Of a stretch of 64,000 nucleotides of DNA, positions 61,198 through 64,000 are shown piece by piece. The DNA lies in NCBI GenBank assembly GCA_963698225.1, contig CAVOPW010000022.1, positions 26,244-90,243 on the forward strand, read 5' to 3'. Each line of letters begins with the position of its first letter. Within the stretch, counting starts at the first letter, position 1. Made by a program: the position numbers and the translations under genes. The DNA comes from an uncultured bacterium (GTDB lineage Bacteria; Zixibacteria; MSB-5A5; CAIYYT01). Below the pieces are notes generated by a model. That model saw only the letters and a program-made list of their open reading frames with translations. It searched no databases and was not told the DNA's origin.

Positions 61198-61752
61198 GTG
61201 AACGTGCAATTTTTTTCGATCGGGACGGAACCGTCAATGTTGAGAAGGAGTACATTTATGATCCTGGCCAGGTCGAATTGATCGACGGGGCTTTGGAAGC
61301 ACTGACGATGGCGAAATCAAAGGGATTCCGAATCTTTATCATCAGCAACCAGTCCGGGAATTGCACGGGGTTTGGCGACTGAAACGCAGGTCAGCCGGGT
61401 CAACGAGCGTCTGGAAGAACTGGTCGCGTCGGCGGGTATCAAGTTCGACGGAGTCTACTTTTGTCCGCACTTGCCGACGATTTCGGGCCGCTGCACTTGC
61501 CGCAAGCCCGCGCGGGGCATGATCGACCGGGCGCTGGAGACGTTTGATCTTGACCTCTCCGAATCGTATGTGGTTGGGGACCGGATGCTGGATATGGGGC
61601 TGGCTCACAATATCGGTGCGACGGGGATACTCGTGCGGACCGGTTACGGATCGATTGAAGAGAAGCAACTACCAAATGGCGGGGGACCGCACCACATAGT
61701 TGATGATGTCTTGGCCGCCGTGAAATTGATTGTCGAGGAAATCCGCGACTGA
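61194..61752 (+). CDS. gmhB: D-glycero-manno-heptose-1,7-bisphosphate phosphatase (frameshift near 61356-61358)
   Basis: FDRDGT, SNQSG, CPH..C.CRKP, VGDR..D; halves join by removing one G. Confidence 0.9.
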
Positions 61753-61754
61753 CA

Positions 61755-62129
61755 ATGAAACCGCGCCTGATCAATATTGAAGACTGTCCGCAGTTCGTTA
61801 CCAAAGATACATCAAGGATTCGCGAAATTCTCGCGCCACGTAACTCGCTCTTAAGGAAACAGTCGTTAGCAGAAGCGGTTGTGCCGGTGGGAGGCGCGAC
61901 CGAGGAGCACTTTCATGCGACTTCGGAGGAGATTTATTACATCATCAGCGGAATCGGCGAAATGCAGGTTGAAGGGGAGTCCTTTCCGGTGCGCGCGGGG
62001 GACGCCATTGCGCTATTGCCGGGCGAGAAACACAAGATCTGGAATCGCGGTGAATCCGACCTGGTGTTTTTGTGCATGTGTGTCCCGCCGTATGAGCACG
62101 ACGATACGGTGATCAAAAGGAGTCGCTGA
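61755..62129 (+). CDS. Cupin domain protein
   Basis: HFH..SEEIYYI..G.G, GD..PGEKH. Confidence 0.88.
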   Translation: MKPRLINIEDCPQFVTKDTSRIREILAPRNSLLRKQSLAEAVVPVGGATEEHFHATSEEIYYIISGIGEMQVEGESFPVRAGDAIALLPGEKHKIWNRGESDLVFLCMCVPPYEHDDTVIKRSR

Positions 62130-62142
62130 AGCTGACGCGGGG

Positions 62143-62457
62143 CTATTTCTTTTTCGCGGGACCCGGACCAATCATTGATTTCATGCATTCCACATTACGC
62201 AGAAAACCGAGAAGTTCGTCACGAAATCCATCTTCATTAATGGCATAGATGACTTGTTGTCCACGACGCTTGCAGACAACCAAACCGCTTTGTTTCAAGA
62301 CGCGCAGATGACGCGAGATGGTCGGCTGGGAGACGCTGAAGAGATCGACAATTTCGCCGACCGAACGCGCCCGCGAGTTGAGCATGAGAATAATCTTAAC
62401 TCGCGTTTCGTCGGACAGGGCTCTGAATATTTGAACAACTTGACTGGTATCTGCCAT
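62143..62457 (-). CDS. ArsR/SmtB family transcriptional regulator
   Basis: FRALSDETRVKI, SQPTISRHLRVLK.SGLV, G..V.Y. Confidence 0.92.
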   Translation of the reverse strand: MADTSQVVQIFRALSDETRVKIILMLNSRARSVGEIVDLFSVSQPTISRHLRVLKQSGLVVCKRRGQQVIYAINEDGFRDELLGFLRNVECMKSMIGPGPAKKK

Positions 62458-62487
62458 CTTCGGTTATCAGGTTAAATGTGTGGACAG

Positions 62488-62576
62488 AGTATGTGGCATG
62501 ATTGGCGCAGTGTCAAGCGCTTCTAAAAGGGGGGGCCGAGAATTCGATTGACACCATTGGACCTGACAGTTACAAT
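62488..62576. promoter_or_regulatory. Divergent sigma70-like promoters (arsR and aminotransferase)
   Basis: Minus: TTGACA-N17-CATACT (62488-62516); plus: TTGACA-N17-TACAAT (62548-62576). Confidence 0.6.
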
Positions 62577-62627
62577 TCTGTATGGATGGGCGAGAAAACA
62601 CAATGATTCATCCGGGAATGGCATACA

Positions 62628-63851
62628 ATGAGCACTCAAATGGCTAATCAGGCGGCAAGGATGGCGGAGCTTTCGCAACGCGCGATGGAGATGCAGGCCT
62701 CGCCGATTCGCAGGCTGGTACCCCTCGCCGACGCTGCCAAAAAGCGTGGAACCAAGGTCTATCATCTCAATATCGGACAGCCCGACATCATTACTCCCGA
62801 TGAAATTATGCAGGCAGTACGACAGTTTGATGAAAAGGTGCTGGCGTACGGGCCTTCACAGGGGCTGCTGGCCCTGCGCGAAGAGATCCGAAAGTACTTT
62901 CAGCGATTCGATATCAAGGTCAATGTCGATGAAATCGTAGTGACTACCGGCGGATCGGAGGCAATTCTCTTTGCGTTGATGGCGATCGGGGATGCGGGGG
63001 ACGAGGTCCTCGTGCCGGAGCCGTTCTACACGAACTACAACGGGTTTGCGACGATGTCGGCGATGAAGCTTGTTCCGGTGCCGACCAACATTGAAGATGG
63101 TTTCGCGATGCCGGCGCGGGAAGAATTCGAGAAGCGGATCACGCCGCGCACGCGCGCCGTTCTTTATTGTTCGCCGAACAATCCGACGGGAGCGATTTTT
63201 GGCCGCGACGATTTGAAGATGCTGACGGAATTGGCGGTTGAGCGCAATCTGTGGATTCTTGCCGACGAAGTCTATCGGGAATTTACTTACGACGGCCTTG
63301 TCCATACCAGTATTCTGAGTTTCCCCGAGATTGCCGACCGGGCGATTTGCCTCGATTCGATTTCCAAACGGTTTTCCGCCTGCGGAGCACGGATCGGCTG
63401 TCTGATCAGCAAGAACACGGAAATCATTGCCAGCGCGCTAAAACTGGGGCAGGCACGGCTATGTCCGCCGACGATCGAACAGATGGGCGCGATCGCCGGA
63501 TATCAAGTAATTGACAAGTTCCTTGACAAGATGATCGCGGAGTATCAAACCCGACGCGATATCGTATGCGAGGTGCTGGCCCAGATTCCGGGAGCGGTAT
63601 TCACCAAGCCCGCAGGGGCATTCTATATCATGCCGAAGCTGCCGGTTGATGACGCCGACAAGTTTGCCCAATGGCTGTTGACCGATTTTTCCCACAACGG
63701 TTCGACTGTGATGGTGGCGCCGGGCGACGGATTCTATGCGTCGACCGACAAGGGGAGGCAGGAAGTGCGAATCGCTTACGTACTTAAGGAAGCCGACCTT
63801 CGACAAGCGCTGCAGGCGTTGGTGCGAGCGGTGGAAATCTACAACAAGTAA
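62628..63851 (+). CDS. PLP-dependent class I/II aminotransferase (aspartate aminotransferase-like)
   Basis: NIGQPD, PNNPTG, DEVY, SISKRFS..GARIG; start may be ATG 62661. Confidence 0.93.
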   Translation: MSTQMANQAARMAELSQRAMEMQASPIRRLVPLADAAKKRGTKVYHLNIGQPDIITPDEIMQAVRQFDEKVLAYGPSQGLLALREEIRKYFQRFDIKVNVDEIVVTTGGSEAILFALMAIGDAGDEVLVPEPFYTNYNGFATMSAMKLVPVPTNIEDGFAMPAREEFEKRITPRTRAVLYCSPNNPTGAIFGRDDLKMLTELAVERNLWILADEVYREFTYDGLVHTSILSFPEIADRAICLDSISKRFSACGARIGCLISKNTEIIASALKLGQARLCPPTIEQMGAIAGYQVIDKFLDKMIAEYQTRRDIVCEVLAQIPGAVFTKPAGAFYIMPKLPVDDADKFAQWLLTDFSHNGSTVMVAPGDGFYASTDKGRQEVRIAYVLKEADLRQALQALVRAVEIYNK

Positions 63852-64000
63852 GCACACCCCACGCGGGGATTTGCCGATCACTTATGTCCTCCCCGTACTC
63901 ACATCTCAATTGGCCGCGAATACTTTTGCCGCTTAACGAGTTGCGCGATTGCTCGATTTGTCCGCACGAATGTGAGGTAGACCGAGCCGGTTCCAAGCTC

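Overview
A 64 kb, moderately GC-rich chromosomal segment of a diderm bacterium. The dockerin/cohesin-like and T9SS-A/FlgD-type C-terminal domains suggest an FCB-group lineage such as Ca. Zixibacteria (inference). The left half has envelope and secretome genes: beta-barrel OMP, UbiB kinase, Cas4/AddB-like nuclease, a ~1400 aa Cys-rich scaffoldin-like protein, ATP-grasp, PEP-CTERM protein, stand-alone cohesin-like protein, TPR lipoprotein, two S8 proteases and an M3-like lipoprotein. It also holds mutS2, dnaG, an orphan sensor kinase, a nitrilase and a PhaR-phasin fusion. From 32.5 to 57 kb lies a flagellar cluster (motE-like to fliA, no motAB) followed by an unusual c-di-GMP/pseudo-chemotaxis signalling block. 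The right end has tRNA-Gly(CCC), der, uppP, LPS core genes, arsR and an aminotransferase. Best leads: (1) a dispersed cohesin-dockerin, cellulosome-like proteolytic surface system; (2) a flagellum-linked signalling module with a pseudo-kinase, pseudo-CheB and mini-MCP; (3) an autoregulated PhaR-phasin fusion with an internal ribosome-binding site; (4) a readable sigma54/sigma28 flagellar hierarchy and candidate structured RNA leaders. Six genes carry frameshifts that look like assembly errors. No CRISPR array, transposase or integrase was seen. All calls come from manual motif reading, with no database searches.
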